From Octopus vulgaris (Eukaryota): DNA of 64,000 nucleotides. The stretch covers positions 51,584,001-51,648,000 of the forward strand of contig OX597833.1 of the NCBI GenBank assembly GCA_951406725.2, given 5' to 3'. The notes below the pieces were generated by a model. It was not told the origin of the DNA. It was given only the letters and a program-made list of their open reading frames with translations, and searched no databases. Shown here one piece after another: positions 39,840-53,772 of the stretch (position 1 is its first letter; each line of letters opens with the position of its first letter). Position numbers and translations under genes: made by a program.

Positions 39840-40259
39840 AATGATATGATGGAAACACATGTCCAAAAACATAAGTGAAACGTAGAATGTTGCGTCAGCT
39901 GCGGCAATACACAGTAAAGCATATCGTAGTAATCTAAAATTGTGTACGAAGTACACCCGATGACATCATGTACAACAAGCATTTTTTTATTGTAGTTGTT
40001 GTTGTTGTTGTTGCTGTCTAGCACTTAGATAACTCTGATCAAACAGACTTTATGATCAGCTGCGTTCCATTTGTAATGATCTTGCCAATTTTCAGACATG
40101 GTATATCTAAGACATTACAGAGATGTGTACTTGCATAGCAAGTGATTTGATCTGAGATCGTGTTGCTGGAACGAAAACAATTGCAGCGTGGAAGGTGTTT
40201 GTAAGCCATTTAAGAAACACACAAAAGCCGTTCGATTCACTTCAACATTTAAGTTTAAT

Positions 40260-40308
40260 TTGTCAAAATATTTTCGTCGCTTTAAGACCGCGACCTGTTC
40301 ACTTACAA
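40260..40308 (-). ncRNA. Putative variant minimal hammerhead (G3:C8 core) in a repeat at ~40119-40347
   Basis: TTGT(A/C)A-GTGAACA-G-GTCGC/GCGAC-GAAA-ATATTT-TGACAA. Confidence 0.5.
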
Positions 40309-41030
40309 AAATCCGTGCTTGTCAGTGAACAGGTCGCGGTCTTAAAGGATTTCAATTTTTTTGGATCAAGGCTACCAATTTCGAATGAGCGGATTAATCG
40401 ATTACATGGCTTCCAGTACTCTTCTGGTATTTATCTTTTTTCAACCCTGAAAGGATTAAAGGAAAATTCAACCTCGGCGGAATTTGAACATAAAAAAGAA
40501 AATAATAACAATAATAATAAAATTAATGATAATAACAATAATAACAACAACAACAAAAAACAACAACAACAACAACAACAACAACAATAATAATAATAAT
40601 AATAATAATAATTCCTTTCTACTATAAGCACATGGCTTGGAATTTGTGGAGAGGTGCATGGCTTAGTGAACCTCATGACTTAATGAAGCGCAAGAACACA
40701 ACGCATTGCCCATTCTAGGAATCGAAACCACAATCTTATGATCGCGAATCCAACACCTTAACTACTAAGTCATGCGCCTCATTAAGTCATGAGGTTCACT
40801 AAGCCATGCACCTCACTTTGAGATAGATGTACACCAAAAATGGCTACATTTTATTTGCTGGACTCTACCCCACAAAAAACTGTAACAATTCTAGCTAGCC
40901 GTTATACGCAAGAAATATCAGACACATAGAAATACAGTTATATACATGCAGTATCTTATCAGCAGAAAAAAATACACATAAAAATATACCACACGCCTTC
41001 ATATTCTCACCTGAAATACTCATCTGAAAG

Positions 41031-41413
41031 TGGAGGCGCAATGGCCCAGTGGTTAGGGCAGCGGACTCGCGGTCATAGGATCGCGGTTTCAATTCCCAGG
41101 CCGGGCGTTTTGAGTGTTTATTGAGCGAAAACACCTAAAGCTCCACGAGGCTCCGGCAGGGGATGGTGGTGATCCCTGCTGTACTCTTTCACCACAACTC
41201 TCTCTCACTCTTACTTCCTGTTTCTGTTGTACCTGTATTTCAAAGGGCCGGCCTTGTCACTCCCTGTGTCACGCTGAATATCCCCTAGAACTACGTTAAG
41301 GGTACACGTGTCTGTGGAGTGCTCAGCCACTTACACGTTAATTTCACGAGCAGGCTGTTCCGTTGATTCGGATCAACCGGAACCTTCGTCGTCGTAACCG
41401 ACGGAGTGCTTCC
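41031..41413 (+). mobile_element. SINE family B, full length
   Basis: 13-bp TSD ACTCATCTGAAAG (41018-41030, 41414-41426). Confidence 0.92.
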
Positions 41414-42222
41414 ACTCATCTGAAAGGGTTAAATTAACTTTACACCTACTTCCTCCAACACATATTTTGATGTTGAACTACATCGGTGTACCTACCAAAG
41501 GTTTCAGCCCGTGGACATTAAACGAAAAATCACTTACCTAATGTAAGGTATACTAGCCATCTCAATATGGCTAACCACTAAGGGTGGGTGTTACTGTAGC
41601 TTGTAGCCCCAGGAGATCATCGTCTCCAGCTGGCTTTAGGCACACTTTCTGTGCCCTTGTGGTATTTGCAAAGGGGAGGTCATCCCTCCCTCGTCAACCT
41701 AAGTGATACGCACGGACTGCAGTTTCGAGGTATTTGCCTGTTTTCGGCGTACGGCAATCACCGGTTTTCGATGAAGGGAGTCCCAATGCAAATCCTTATA
41801 TATCGTTTTTCCAGTAACTATTCGTCACTGATCTCGAAAAACTGTATTCAAGCTCACTTACCTAATATTATTTTTAATTTTACTCCTTGCCTTACCTAAT
41901 CGGTCGACATTTATGATAATTTTTACAACTAATTTAAGGGTTTATTTTTAATTTCTAGTTCAAAATACGGGTACTCACAAAATTTTTCAACAAGAAATTC
42001 CTTTTCCCATGAAGCAGTTATAATGAAAGTTGACACGTTCTGTTAATGACAACAGGTCATGTTAGTACTATTGATGTAAAAGAGCATACGACTGGAAGAG
42101 GATATGAAGTGCTTATGACATTTTAGGGGGCTTTCAAGGTTGTGAAGGTGATGCGGTTGACGTTTAGCCTGAAAATCAGTAAGGGAAAATATAGGTATGG
42201 GAAGAAATATACCTGGATGCAG

Positions 42223-42319
<97 letters not shown>

Positions 42320-43563
42320 ATATATATATATATATGTATATATACATGTGTGTGTGTGTTTGTGTATATATATATATATATATTGTATAAAGGATCGTGA
42401 GCAAGGTCAAAACAATGCGAAGTAAATGCAACGTAAATCACAAGAAAGCAAATATGTGAATTAATGTCGACGTATCTTGTATTCAATATTTCGGGGTTAT
42501 GACCCCATTATCAAGAAACAAGTAGAGAAAATAAAGAATGTGTAGTTGCTAGCGATCTTATATATTCTTTCAGTTTCTCTCTACCAAATCCACTCACAAG
42601 GTTTTGGTCAGCCTGAGGCTATAGTACAAGACGACACGCCCAAGGTGACACGCAGTGGGATTGAACCCGGAACCATGTGGTTCGTAAGCAAGCTATTTAC
42701 AACACAGCCACCCCTACGCCAGACGGCGGATGATACATGAAGAGTGATAAATATCAGACGAGAGAAAGAGCATTTGAAAAGGTGTAGTAGGATCAAGAAT
42801 AAGAATGACATTGGCAAGACGGGCTCTGTGTATATGTGAGCGTGAGTGTAGGGGGAATATATGTGTGTGTATGCATGTGTGTGAGTGTGTGTTAGAGAGA
42901 TAGCAGAGACAAAAGAGAGGGAGCGAGAGAGAGAGAGAGAGAGAGAGAGTATTTCTTTATTCACCATAAGGTTGAGAAAAAAGAGGGGACAAAACAAACG
43001 TTGGGGTCAGGGTATCGAATGAGACGAAACATATGGATAAACAAACAATTAAAATATATACAATTAAATGAGAATGAGTGATTAGCAAAAAATGAAGCGG
43101 AGGACGCGGTCGACCCCACAAACCACATACTCACTATGAAGACTTTGCTGTCTCCTGTTTTTACATTCTCGATTAAACAGGTTCTTTCACTCGCAACATA
43201 CTTGCTATAGACTTCCATCTTTTACGAAACACACTTTGCGACAGGCATTTCTTCTCCAGCCTTATTTTCCGTCTCGAGCGAGAAAGGAATCGGGAAAAAT
43301 ATCCGACAGACAGATAAGATGTTAACTCTACAGGTAAACGGGGAGATAAATCGCATAAGCGACGAAAAGATCGTATTAGAAACAAAGAGATCGGGAAACA
43401 TAGTTCTAGGCAGGGTGAGAGACAATGGCAACTAAAGAGAAGCATAGTGATAATAATATGGAAAAACAGAAGATTTTATGCGTGTGTGTGTGTGTATGAG
43501 TGGTGTGTGTGTGTGAGTGGTGTGTGTGTGTGTATGCATCTATATATGCGTGAATATTTATAT

Positions 43564-43726
43564 AGGCGCAGGAGTGGCTGTGTGGTAAGTAGCTTGTTTA
43601 CCAGCCACTTGGTTCCGGGTTCAGTCCCACTGCGTGGCACCTTGGGCAGGTGTTTTCTACTATAGCCTCGGGCCGACCAAAGCCTTGTGAGTGGATTTGG
43701 TAGACGGAAACTGAAAGAAGCCCGTC

Positions 43727-43730
<4 letters not shown>
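43564..43730 (+). mobile_element. SINE family A, 5' half
   Basis: Matches the family A head and ends in (TA)n. Another head fragment lies at 42566-42720 (-). Confidence 0.85.
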
Positions 43731-43771
<41 letters not shown>

Positions 43772-43774
<3 letters not shown>

Positions 43775-44267
43775 TTAATATTTTTATTGGGCGACGAAAT
43801 TCATCGATTTAAGAGATACACAACACACGCACACATACACAACAAAAAGCACACAGACACACACGCACACATACACAACAAAAAAACACACACATACACA
43901 CATACACAACAATAACACACACACACAACAATCACACACACGCACACACATACACAACAAAAACATACACACACAGGTAATCGTTCCGTAAGTCAGGGAT
44001 GACATTGAAATAAACATGCGAGAAGCCTTTGAAGACAGAACACAGAAGACAGTGATAAGGATGAATAACACGGCAGTAAATGAATTGAGCTCAAAACAGA
44101 ATACGATTGGTTAAAATTCGAAGAATTAAACTACGTAAAAGTTAGAAAATACATTTTTCTCAAAAAACTAATTGAAATTTATGTTTTCTTTTGACACATT
44201 CTACCAGTATACGAAATTTCAGATTAAAAAATAGTAAAAAATTATGTCCATCTTTTAGAAAAGATCC
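43772..44267. mobile_element. One-ended relative of the 1740-2153 MITE
   Basis: Shares GATTGGTT..AAATT, ACACATTCTACCAGTATACGAA and the terminal AAAAGATCC. The left TIR is absent. Confidence 0.6.
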
Positions 44268-44679
44268 AATAGCTTGCTTACCAGTCACATGGTTCCGGGT
44301 TCAGTCCCACCGCGGCCGACCAAAGCCTTGTGAGTGGATTTGGTAGATGGAAACTGAAAGAAGCCCGTCTTATATATGTATATGTATTTATTATGTGAAA
44401 TAGAAAGATGAATAATCTTGTAGCAGATTAATCAAGTTTTGACCATGGGCTCTTAGGAGCCTAGTTCGATTTGTTTTGCTCCGCCTCTGTTCTGTTTTTG
44501 TTTTTTCCCAACGGATTTCCTATTTCTTCCTGAAGAGAAAGACACAATATGGTCTCATTATTCAATCGGATTTTGGTAAATTGTGCCTTTCGAAACACGT
44601 GTAGAATGAAATAAAACGATTTCTGTTCAATCTTCGTTCAGCTCCATTTCCTCAATTCACCTGTATATGTATTTATATA

Positions 44680-44710
<31 letters not shown>

Positions 44711-44892
44711 CGCCCCAACATCGCTTGACAACCGATGCTGGTGTCTGGTGTGTTTACGTCCCCGTAACTTGGCGGTTCGGCAAAAGAGACCGATAGAATA
44801 AGTACTAGGCCTACAAAGAATAAGTCCTGGGGTCGATTTGCTCGACTAAAGGCGGTGCTTCAGCATGACTGAAGTAAAAGTCTATAAAAGAG
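44268..44892 (+). mobile_element. SINE family A with a Penelope-like insert (~44388-44663) in its microsatellite
   Basis: Family A halves flank the insert. Confidence 0.85.
44522..44612 (+). ncRNA. Type-I hammerhead ribozyme
   Basis: Stem I ATTTCTTC/GAA(T)GAAAT; core CTGAAGA; 12-bp stem II GAAAGACACAAT/ATTGTGCCTTTC (one mismatch); GAAA; palindromic stem III ACACGTGT; GTA triplet; AATAAA follows. Confidence 0.8.
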
Positions 44893-44902
44893 TATATATA
44901 TC

Positions 44903-44966
<64 letters not shown>

Positions 44967-45066
44967 GACAGACAAATATTTGTATCTAGATACTCATATG
45001 TATATGTTTACACACATACGCACAGACATATGCAAACATATACTCATACACATAGATATAGATAGT

Positions 45067-45098
<32 letters not shown>

Positions 45099-45175
45099 TA
45101 AATATTTAGACGGACAGACAGACAGACAGATAGATAGTTAGATAGATAGATAGTCAGACAGACAGACAGACGGAC

Positions 45176-45246
<71 letters not shown>

Positions 45247-45336
45247 CAGATGGACAGACAGGTAGGCAGATAGACAGACACACAGATAGATAGACAGACA
45301 CACAGATAGATAGATAAATAGATAGATAGATAGATT

Positions 45337-45407
<71 letters not shown>

Positions 45408-46158
45408 TGAACACTATATATTAGAGGCACAATGTGAGTAATTAGAGGTGTAAAAGGAGACAATTTTAAACAACGTTCCGAACATGTCTCAACTAGTTGC
45501 TCCCTACGGGGAAGGGATTTAGTGTATGAAATATGCTGGGTCCATGTAGAAGACCCGTGCACTTGGCATAGCAGTCAATTCGAGTTAGAGACGATGAAAC
45601 ATGGTTGAATAACTTAAAACAAGTGTGAAAATGGACGGTTGTCCCGGTGGAGAGATGGGGGAGAAGTGTTGTTTATGCTGAACAGGGGGTTAGTACCAAT
45701 TGACCCCTTTTTTATCGTATCCTTCTGATTTCTCACAGCCTTCCTGCTGCGTTTCTTGCCACCGAGTCGATATTAGTTCTGCTCTCAGGTGGATGGCGAA
45801 ACTAGACAGTTGTATAAAAGGAAACAACGTGGCTGAACCTATCATCATCAACTTTGTCGTCTCTTTGTCGCCGTCGTCGTCGTCATCAACATCATCATAA
45901 TCATCATCAACATCACCACCACCATCATTATCATCATCATTATTATTTTCCTCAAGGTCATCGTGGTCGACGTGGTTGGCATGGTCGGCATGGTCGTCGT
46001 CGTCGTCGTCAGCATCATTGCCATCGCCATCGCCATCATAGCTGTCATCGCAGTCGCCTTCTAGTATCAACGAGGGGCTCCGATATGATTTAGAACACCG
46101 ATAAAAACTGTACAGGGATAAATAGCATATAAATATCAACAACAATAACAACAACAAC

Positions 46159-46241
<83 letters not shown>

Positions 46242-46243
46242 TG

Positions 46244-46321
<78 letters not shown>

Positions 46322-46323
<2 letters not shown>

Positions 46324-46443
46324 TCTCCTACGCAGAACACTTTCCATACAATAACCATCAGAGCATCACAACAAATCACAGCACATACCCAGAGCTGCGC
46401 TCGGTAGTTAAGTGAAAGCACGATATAAAAAATATACTACTGA
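46322..46443 (+). mobile_element. Extreme 3' end of a Dong-like retrotransposon within (AAT)n
   Basis: Ends ...LRRTLSIQ* with a short UTR, and (AAT)n lies on both sides. Confidence 0.55.
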
Positions 46444-46458
46444 ATAATAATAATAATG

Positions 46459-46534
<76 letters not shown>

Positions 46535-46617
46535 TAATAATGATAATAATAATAATAATGATGATAATAATGATAATAATAATGATAATAATGATAATAA
46601 TAATGATAATAATAATA

Positions 46618-46684
<67 letters not shown>

Positions 46685-46745
46685 CGACGACGACGACGAC
46701 GATGATTATGATTATGACGACGACGACGACGAAGACGAAGACGAT

Positions 46746-46777
<32 letters not shown>

Positions 46778-46798
46778 TGATGATGATGATGATGATGT

Positions 46799-46912
<114 letters not shown>

Positions 46913-46915
46913 TAA

Positions 46916-47470
46916 TGCCCTGATGCAGTACCAGGCAGTGGCTCTCATGGCTTCTGATCTTAACTGACTGGAAGTGTTATCATGTACATTGTTTTGTCTT
47001 GGTATAAAAGATGGGCTACAGCAAATAATCTGCTCAATACCACAGATTTGCTTGTCAGTTGTTTGACCTTAACCAGTTGAGCATGTCCCTTAGTGGCTGA
47101 CGATATGTGCATCTCTGATCACGAACAGAAGTAGTGGGGGAGCATCAGAGCCATGTGTTGAGAGGGATTCTTTGGGGTTTGAATAATTCCCCTCCGGAAA
47201 CATGGGTGCTTCGTTCAACATCCTTAAACAACCCTCATTCAGGGACCTTTTGAGCCAGATGGGTTACCCGACCAGAAGAAAATTCTAACTGGGCCCCACC
47301 TGCAAGTTCATGTGCTGTTTATCTTGATATGAGATTACTATGTCGCACACATATGGTTGTGATGCATGTGCCTAGTGTACACTTATCAGACGGGTAGTCA
47401 TGATGGGTATACAGGGTTTTGTATATTTTACCCCAGTGTCACTTTGATGGCATGCACTGCTCTCTCACTC
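46916..47470 (+). mobile_element. Non-coding ~555-bp insert within (AAT)n
   Basis: Complex sequence cleanly bounded by (AAT)n on both sides. The class is unresolved. Confidence 0.55.
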
Positions 47471-47480
47471 AATAATAATG

Positions 47481-47555
<75 letters not shown>

Positions 47556-47574
47556 TCAACAATATCTAAAAGTT

Positions 47575-47712
47575 CCTTTGGAATGAGAACCCAGGTTCGA
47601 AATTTCCCCAATACAGCTGATGATGGGTGGAGGGTATATTAGCCGAAATGTTGTGTTAATAACAAACAAGATGAGGACAAATGTCCGTCAAAATGTAAAT
47701 AATGTAAATAAT
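47575..47712 (+). mobile_element. Third, decayed copy of the hammerhead element 3' part
   Basis: AATGAGAACCCAGGTTCGAAATTTCCCC...CTGATGA...GCCGAAATGTTGTGTT...AATGTAAAT. Confidence 0.8.
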
Positions 47713-48278
47713 TATCATCGTCGACGTCATCATCATCATCATCACCATCATCATTATCATTATCATTATAATCATCACCATCATGATAATGAGCGCCATC
47801 AGCATCAGTATCACAACTATCATCATTAGCATCATCATCGTCGTCGACGACATCATCATCATCATCAACATCATCATCAGCAGCAGCAGCTGCTGCATCA
47901 TCATCATCATCATCATCATCATCTCCATGTACACAACGCAGGTGCCGCTTCGAGGATGTCCATTAGAAATACTTCTTTGGGCATTCTCTTGTTAATTCTA
48001 AAGACAGGTCCCGAACGAAGAACACCGTCTTTCACCAATTCAATTAACCACTTCAGTCAAAGAATGCCATAACACAACCTATTAATTCCGACCAATTCAT
48101 CCTCATCTTCTTCCTCCTCCTCCCTCCAACACCCTATCTTGGCGCACCACTGACTCCCAAGATTTTTCAAATTCGTTGAATTCTTCACTTCGAATGGTCG
48201 CTTAAGCCATTAATACTTCTCGACTTGAAGTTGACATCCTCGCTTTGGCATCTGTACGTGTCTATAATTTTACAGTAA

Positions 48279-48314
<36 letters not shown>

Positions 48315-48403
48315 GCACATGTATGTACACGCATATATGCTTATATATACATATAGATATATACGCACATATATTTATACACTATTACGTACGTACACAC
48401 ACA

Positions 48404-48441
<38 letters not shown>

Positions 48442-48599
48442 TATAAATATATATACATACAGACATACATACATACATACATACATACACATACGTACAA
48501 ATATATGTACATACACCTATGTACATATATATATACATATTCACATATATTTATAAACTTGCACATACATACACACACAAACGTATGTGTGTATACATG

Positions 48600-48668
<69 letters not shown>

Positions 48669-48760
48669 ATATATAGCGTCTTTGTGCAGGACTCACCTTG
48701 GGATAAATAAAAACCGCGCATGCGTCCACGCGCTTTAACAAACACAAACTCTCTCTCTCC

Positions 48761-48809
<49 letters not shown>

Positions 48810-49100
48810 GCACACAGACATATACACACGCGCGCGTATAAGCACGCATGTGTACACTCAGTAATGGTATATATACATACATATATACACAGAGACACAC
48901 ATATACACATATATACATAGTGAAACACACACAAACACACACACACACACACATGTTAGCTGTATCACTACAGGGACCAAGCGGAGCCCTCAGCCCATTG
49001 GCTGAAACTGATAAAAAGGTGATGAAGAATATAACATCTACGCGCACATACTCACATAGAAAGCTTGAATTTGACCGCTATAGCGACCAAAAAATTTCGA

Positions 49101-49480
49101 GTGGTAAGTAGCTTGCTTACAAACCACATGGTTCCGGGTTCAGTCCCACTGCATGGCATCTTGGGCAAGTGTCTTCTACTATAGCCTCGGGACGACCAAA
49201 GCCTTGTGAGTGGGTTTGGTAGACGGAAACTGAAAGAAGCCCGTCGTAAATATGAATATGCATATATATGTGTGTGTGTTTGTGTGTCTGTGTTTGTCCC
49301 CCCGGCATCGTTCGACAACCGATGGTGGTGTGTTTACGTCCCCGTAACTTAGCGGTTTCGTAAAAGAGACCGATAAAATAAGTATTAGGCTTACAAAGAA
49401 TAAGTCCTGGGGTCGATTTGCTCGACTACAGGCGGTGTTCCAGCATGGCCGCAGTCAAATGACTGAAACAAGTAAAAGAA
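49101..49480 (+). mobile_element. SINE family A
   Basis: Matches family A. Confidence 0.9.
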
Positions 49481-49643
49481 TATCGAAATATACACCATTT
49501 CGAACATAAATCAGAATACATGCAAAATGTTGCATGATCAAGTCTGGAGCGCTTTTCCCAATTAGCGTCTTTGTGCAGGACTCACCTTGGGCTAAATAAA
49601 AACCGCGCACGTGTGCACGCCCAGTAAGACACACATACACAAA

Positions 49644-49682
<39 letters not shown>

Positions 49683-49896
49683 ACGTGCGCACGTATAAGC
49701 ACACATTTGTACACTCAATAATGTACACTCGCAAGAAACGCGCGCAAAAAAAAGTACGTGCAAAGATGCTGGCTCTCGCAAAAACTTAAGGATTTTTTCG
49801 TTTCGCATATTCTTCATCTGGTTCTTTGAATATGTGTATTATCTTCGTAGAAGAGGGCAAAAACCATTCAAAGGGCCAACGTTGATAACTGGTAAA

Positions 49897-50316
49897 TACC
49901 GATTTCTTTACTACCCACAAGGGGCTAAACAGAGAGAGGACAAACAAGGACAGAAAAAGGGATTAAGTCGATTATATCGACCCCAGTGTGTAACTGGTAC
50001 TTAATTTATCAACCCCGAAAAGATGAAAGGCAAAGTCGACCTCGGCGGAATTTGAACTCAGAACGTCAAGACAGAAGAAATACCTATTTCTGCACTACCC
50101 ACAAGGGGCTAAACACAGAGAGGACAAACAAGGAGAGACACATGGATTAAGTCGATTATATCGACCCCAGTGCATAACTGGTACTTAATTTATCGACCCC
50201 GAAAGGATGAAAGGCAAAGTCGACCTCGGCGGAATTTGAACTCAGAACGTAAAGGCAGACGAAATACCGCTAAGCATTTCGCCCGGTGTGCTAACGATTC
50301 TGCCAGCTCGCCGCCT
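49897..50316 (-). mobile_element. SINE family C, tandem dimer
   Basis: Two consecutive bodies; the flanks share ATAACT(G/A)GTAAATACCG. Confidence 0.85.
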
Positions 50317-50522
50317 TATATAACTAGTAAATACCGTTTTCATTCTCCCACACACACAAAGACAACGCAAACCTCTGAGAGATGAACTGATGTTCGGTAT
50401 GCAGTCTCGATATCTCGGGTTCGATCCTTCGATCTTTTGCCACTGCATGTATAAATGCATCTACTTATACACATATATGATGTGTGTGTATGTATGTGTT
50501 GTATGTATGTATGTATCTCTCT

Positions 50523-50571
<49 letters not shown>

Positions 50572-50893
50572 GTTTTCTTTTTTTTTTACATAAGTGTCCA
50601 TCGTACATTGTGAGCGAAATTGGGCAAGTGCAGTCCGGGGCAGTAGTAGAAGGCTTTTGCCCAGGGCGTCACGCGCTCAGATTCAACCCGAAACCATGCT
50701 TGTGAAGCATAGTTCCCAACCGCACGGCCATGCTTGTACTAATTTTACCAGCACCTGTAATTAAATGGTCCTCACCCTAAAATTGTCTGCTGAGGCGTGC
50801 TCAACCACTTCTACGCAAAATCTCACTTATACACATATATGTATGTGTGTGTATGTATGTATGTATGTATGTATGTATGTATGTATGTATGTA

Positions 50894-50988
<95 letters not shown>

Positions 50989-51058
50989 TTTATATATTAC
51001 ATTTTTTACATATATATCATATCATTCGGATTAGCGCTTGCTCCCATTCTAGTGGGTC

Positions 51059-51470
51059 AAACCTTCCGATACATATATTTGGATGTACATGACCTGTACA
51101 TCATCTCCAAACCTTCCGATACATATATTTGGATGTACATGACCTGTACATCATCTCCAAACCTTCCGATACATATATTTGGATGTACATGACCTGTACA
51201 TCATCTCCAAACCTTCCGATACATATATTTGGATGTACATGACCTGTACATCATCTCCAAACCTTCCGATACATATATTTGGATGTACATGACCTGTACA
51301 TCATCTCCAAACCTTCCGATACATATATTTGGATGTACATGACCTGTACATCATCTCCAAAACCTTCCGATACATATATTTGGATGTACATGACCTGTAC
51401 ATCATCTCCAAACCTTCCGATACATATATTTGGATGTACATGACCTGTACATCATCTCCAAACCTTCCGA
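51059..51470. repeat. Tandem array, 8 x 50 bp with an internal hairpin
   Basis: Unit AAACCTTCCGATACATATATTTGGATGTACATGACCTGTACATCATCTCC; copies are essentially identical. Confidence 0.95.
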
Positions 51471-51603
51471 GCATGGCCGCAGTCAAATGACTGAAACAAG
51501 TAAAAGAGTAAAATTTGAGTATGAGAAATTAAAAAGAAATATACGCACACTTACATAGTTTTAATATAATTTTTAAATATATCTTTTATATATTTTATAT
51601 ATA

Positions 51604-51683
<80 letters not shown>

Positions 51684-51700
51684 ATACTATACATATAGTG

Positions 51701-52035
51701 AAGGCGCATGGCTCAATGGTTGGGGCGTCGAGCTTACGATCGTGAGGTTGTGAGTTCGAATCCCGGACGGGGCTGCGTGTTGTGTTCTTGAGCAAGACAC
51801 TTTAGTTCACATTGCTCCACTTTACTCAGCTGTAGAAATGAGTTGCGACGTCACAGGTGCCAAGCTATATCGGCCTTTACCTTTCCCTTGGATAACACTG
51901 GTGACGTGGAGAAGGGTGGCCGGTATGCATGGACGAGTGTTGGTCTTCCATAAACAACTTTGCCCGGACTTGTGCCTGGGAGGGTAAAATTCTAGTTGCA
52001 ATCCGATGGATAGTCATGACCGAAGGGGATCTCAG
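51701..52035 (+). mobile_element. tRNA-derived SINE family D
   Basis: A-box TGGCTCAATGG, B-box GAGTTCGAATCCC, then TTGAGCAAGACACTTTA. A second copy lies at 55409-55715. Confidence 0.85.
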
Positions 52036-52036
52036 C

Positions 52037-52079
<43 letters not shown>

Positions 52080-52081
<2 letters not shown>

Positions 52082-52483
52082 CTCTTTTACTCTTTTACTT
52101 GTTTCAGTCATTTGACTGCGGCCATGCTAGAGCACCGCCTTTAGTCGAGCAAATCGACCCCGGGACTTATTCTTTGTAAGCCCAGTACTTATTCTACCGG
52201 TCTCTTTTTGACGAACCGTTAAGTGACGGTTGTGTCTCTTTGTAAACACACCATCGGTTGTCAAGCAATGCTAGGGGGACAAACACAGACACACAAACAT
52301 ACACACACACACACACACACATATACATATATACGACAGGTTTCTTTCAGTTTCCGTCTACCAAATCCACTCATAAGGCATTGGTCGGTCCGGGGCTATA
52401 GCAGAAGGTGCCACGCAGTGGGACTGAACCCGGAACCATGTGGTTGGTAAACAAGCTACTTACCACACAGCCACTCCTGCGCC
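52080..52483 (-). mobile_element. SINE family A
   Basis: Matches family A. Confidence 0.9.
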
Positions 52484-52488
52484 TTCTT

Positions 52489-52536
<48 letters not shown>

Positions 52537-52930
52537 TTACAATGATTTTCCCCATTTTATAACTTACAATTATCTCCCTTACTCTTTTCCTTTATGCTAT
52601 TTCCTCCAATCCACTCCTCTGTGTGTGTGTCAGTATGTGCGCGCGTGTATGATTGTGCGTGAGTCTGTGTGTGTTTGTACGCATGCGTCTAGATCCATTT
52701 TATATCTTTGTCTATGACAGCCTCAATCTCTCCCCCCTTTCTCCCCGCTTCTCTCTCTCTCTCTCTCTCTCTCCCTCTCTCTCTTTCTCTCCCCACATAT
52801 TCCTTCATAGTCCCTTCTGAAACAAAACTGTATTTTAAAGGATGAACTTCTAAATACGTGCACACACGCAATCACACACACACAAGCACACACACACACA
52901 CACACACACACACAAGCCTGCACACACGTA

Positions 52931-52965
<35 letters not shown>

Positions 52966-53009
52966 CTGCACACACGTACTCACACACACACACACACACC
53001 TAAGTATAG

Positions 53010-53720
53010 AAAAACCAGGAAGGATATATTCTTTTTAAAAGGAAGAAAAAGAAAAATAAGAAAAGATTTTTTAAAAAAAGGAAGAGGGAAAATTACTTGA
53101 GAAAAGAAAAGAAAGAGAGAAAGAAGGAGAAAATAAAGGCAAAAAGGGTGGAAGAAAGGAAGATAAAAGAAACAGAAAGTGGGAAAGAAAGAAGAAAGGA
53201 AGAAAGGAAGGAAAGAAGGGAAGAAGGAAAGAAAGGAGGAAAGAAAGAGAAAAAGGAAAGAAAGAAATAAACAAGGAAAGGAACAAAGAAAAAAGAAAGA
53301 AAGAAAGAAGAGGAAAGGAAGAAAGGAAGGAAGAAAAGAGGAAAGAAGAAAGGGAAGAAAAAAGAAGAGAGGAAAGAAAGAACGAAAGAAAGAAAGAAGG
53401 ATAAAGAGGAAAGAAGTAAATAAACAAGGAAAGGAAAAAGAAAAAATAAAGAAAAAAGAGGAAAGAAAGAAAGAAAGAAGAGGAAAGGAAGAATGGAAGG
53501 AAGGAAGAAAAGAGGAAAGAAGGAAGGGAAGAAAAAAAAAGACGGAAGGAAAGAGAGAATGAAGAGGAAAGGAAGAAAGGAACGAAGGGACGAAGAAAAG
53601 AGGAAAGAAGGAAGTGAAGAAAAAAGAAGGGAGGAATGAAAAACGAAAGAAAGAAAGATAAAGAGGTAAGAAGTAAATAAACAAGGAAAGGAACAAAGGA
53701 AATAGAAAGAAAAAAGAGGA

Positions 53721-53772
<52 letters not shown>

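Noticed and set aside
51059-51470. CRISPR-like appearance of the palindromic 50-bp array, and of the 55-bp module array at 27.8-33.3 kb
   Set aside because: There are no unique spacers or cas genes, the spacing is irregular or zero, and the context is eukaryotic.
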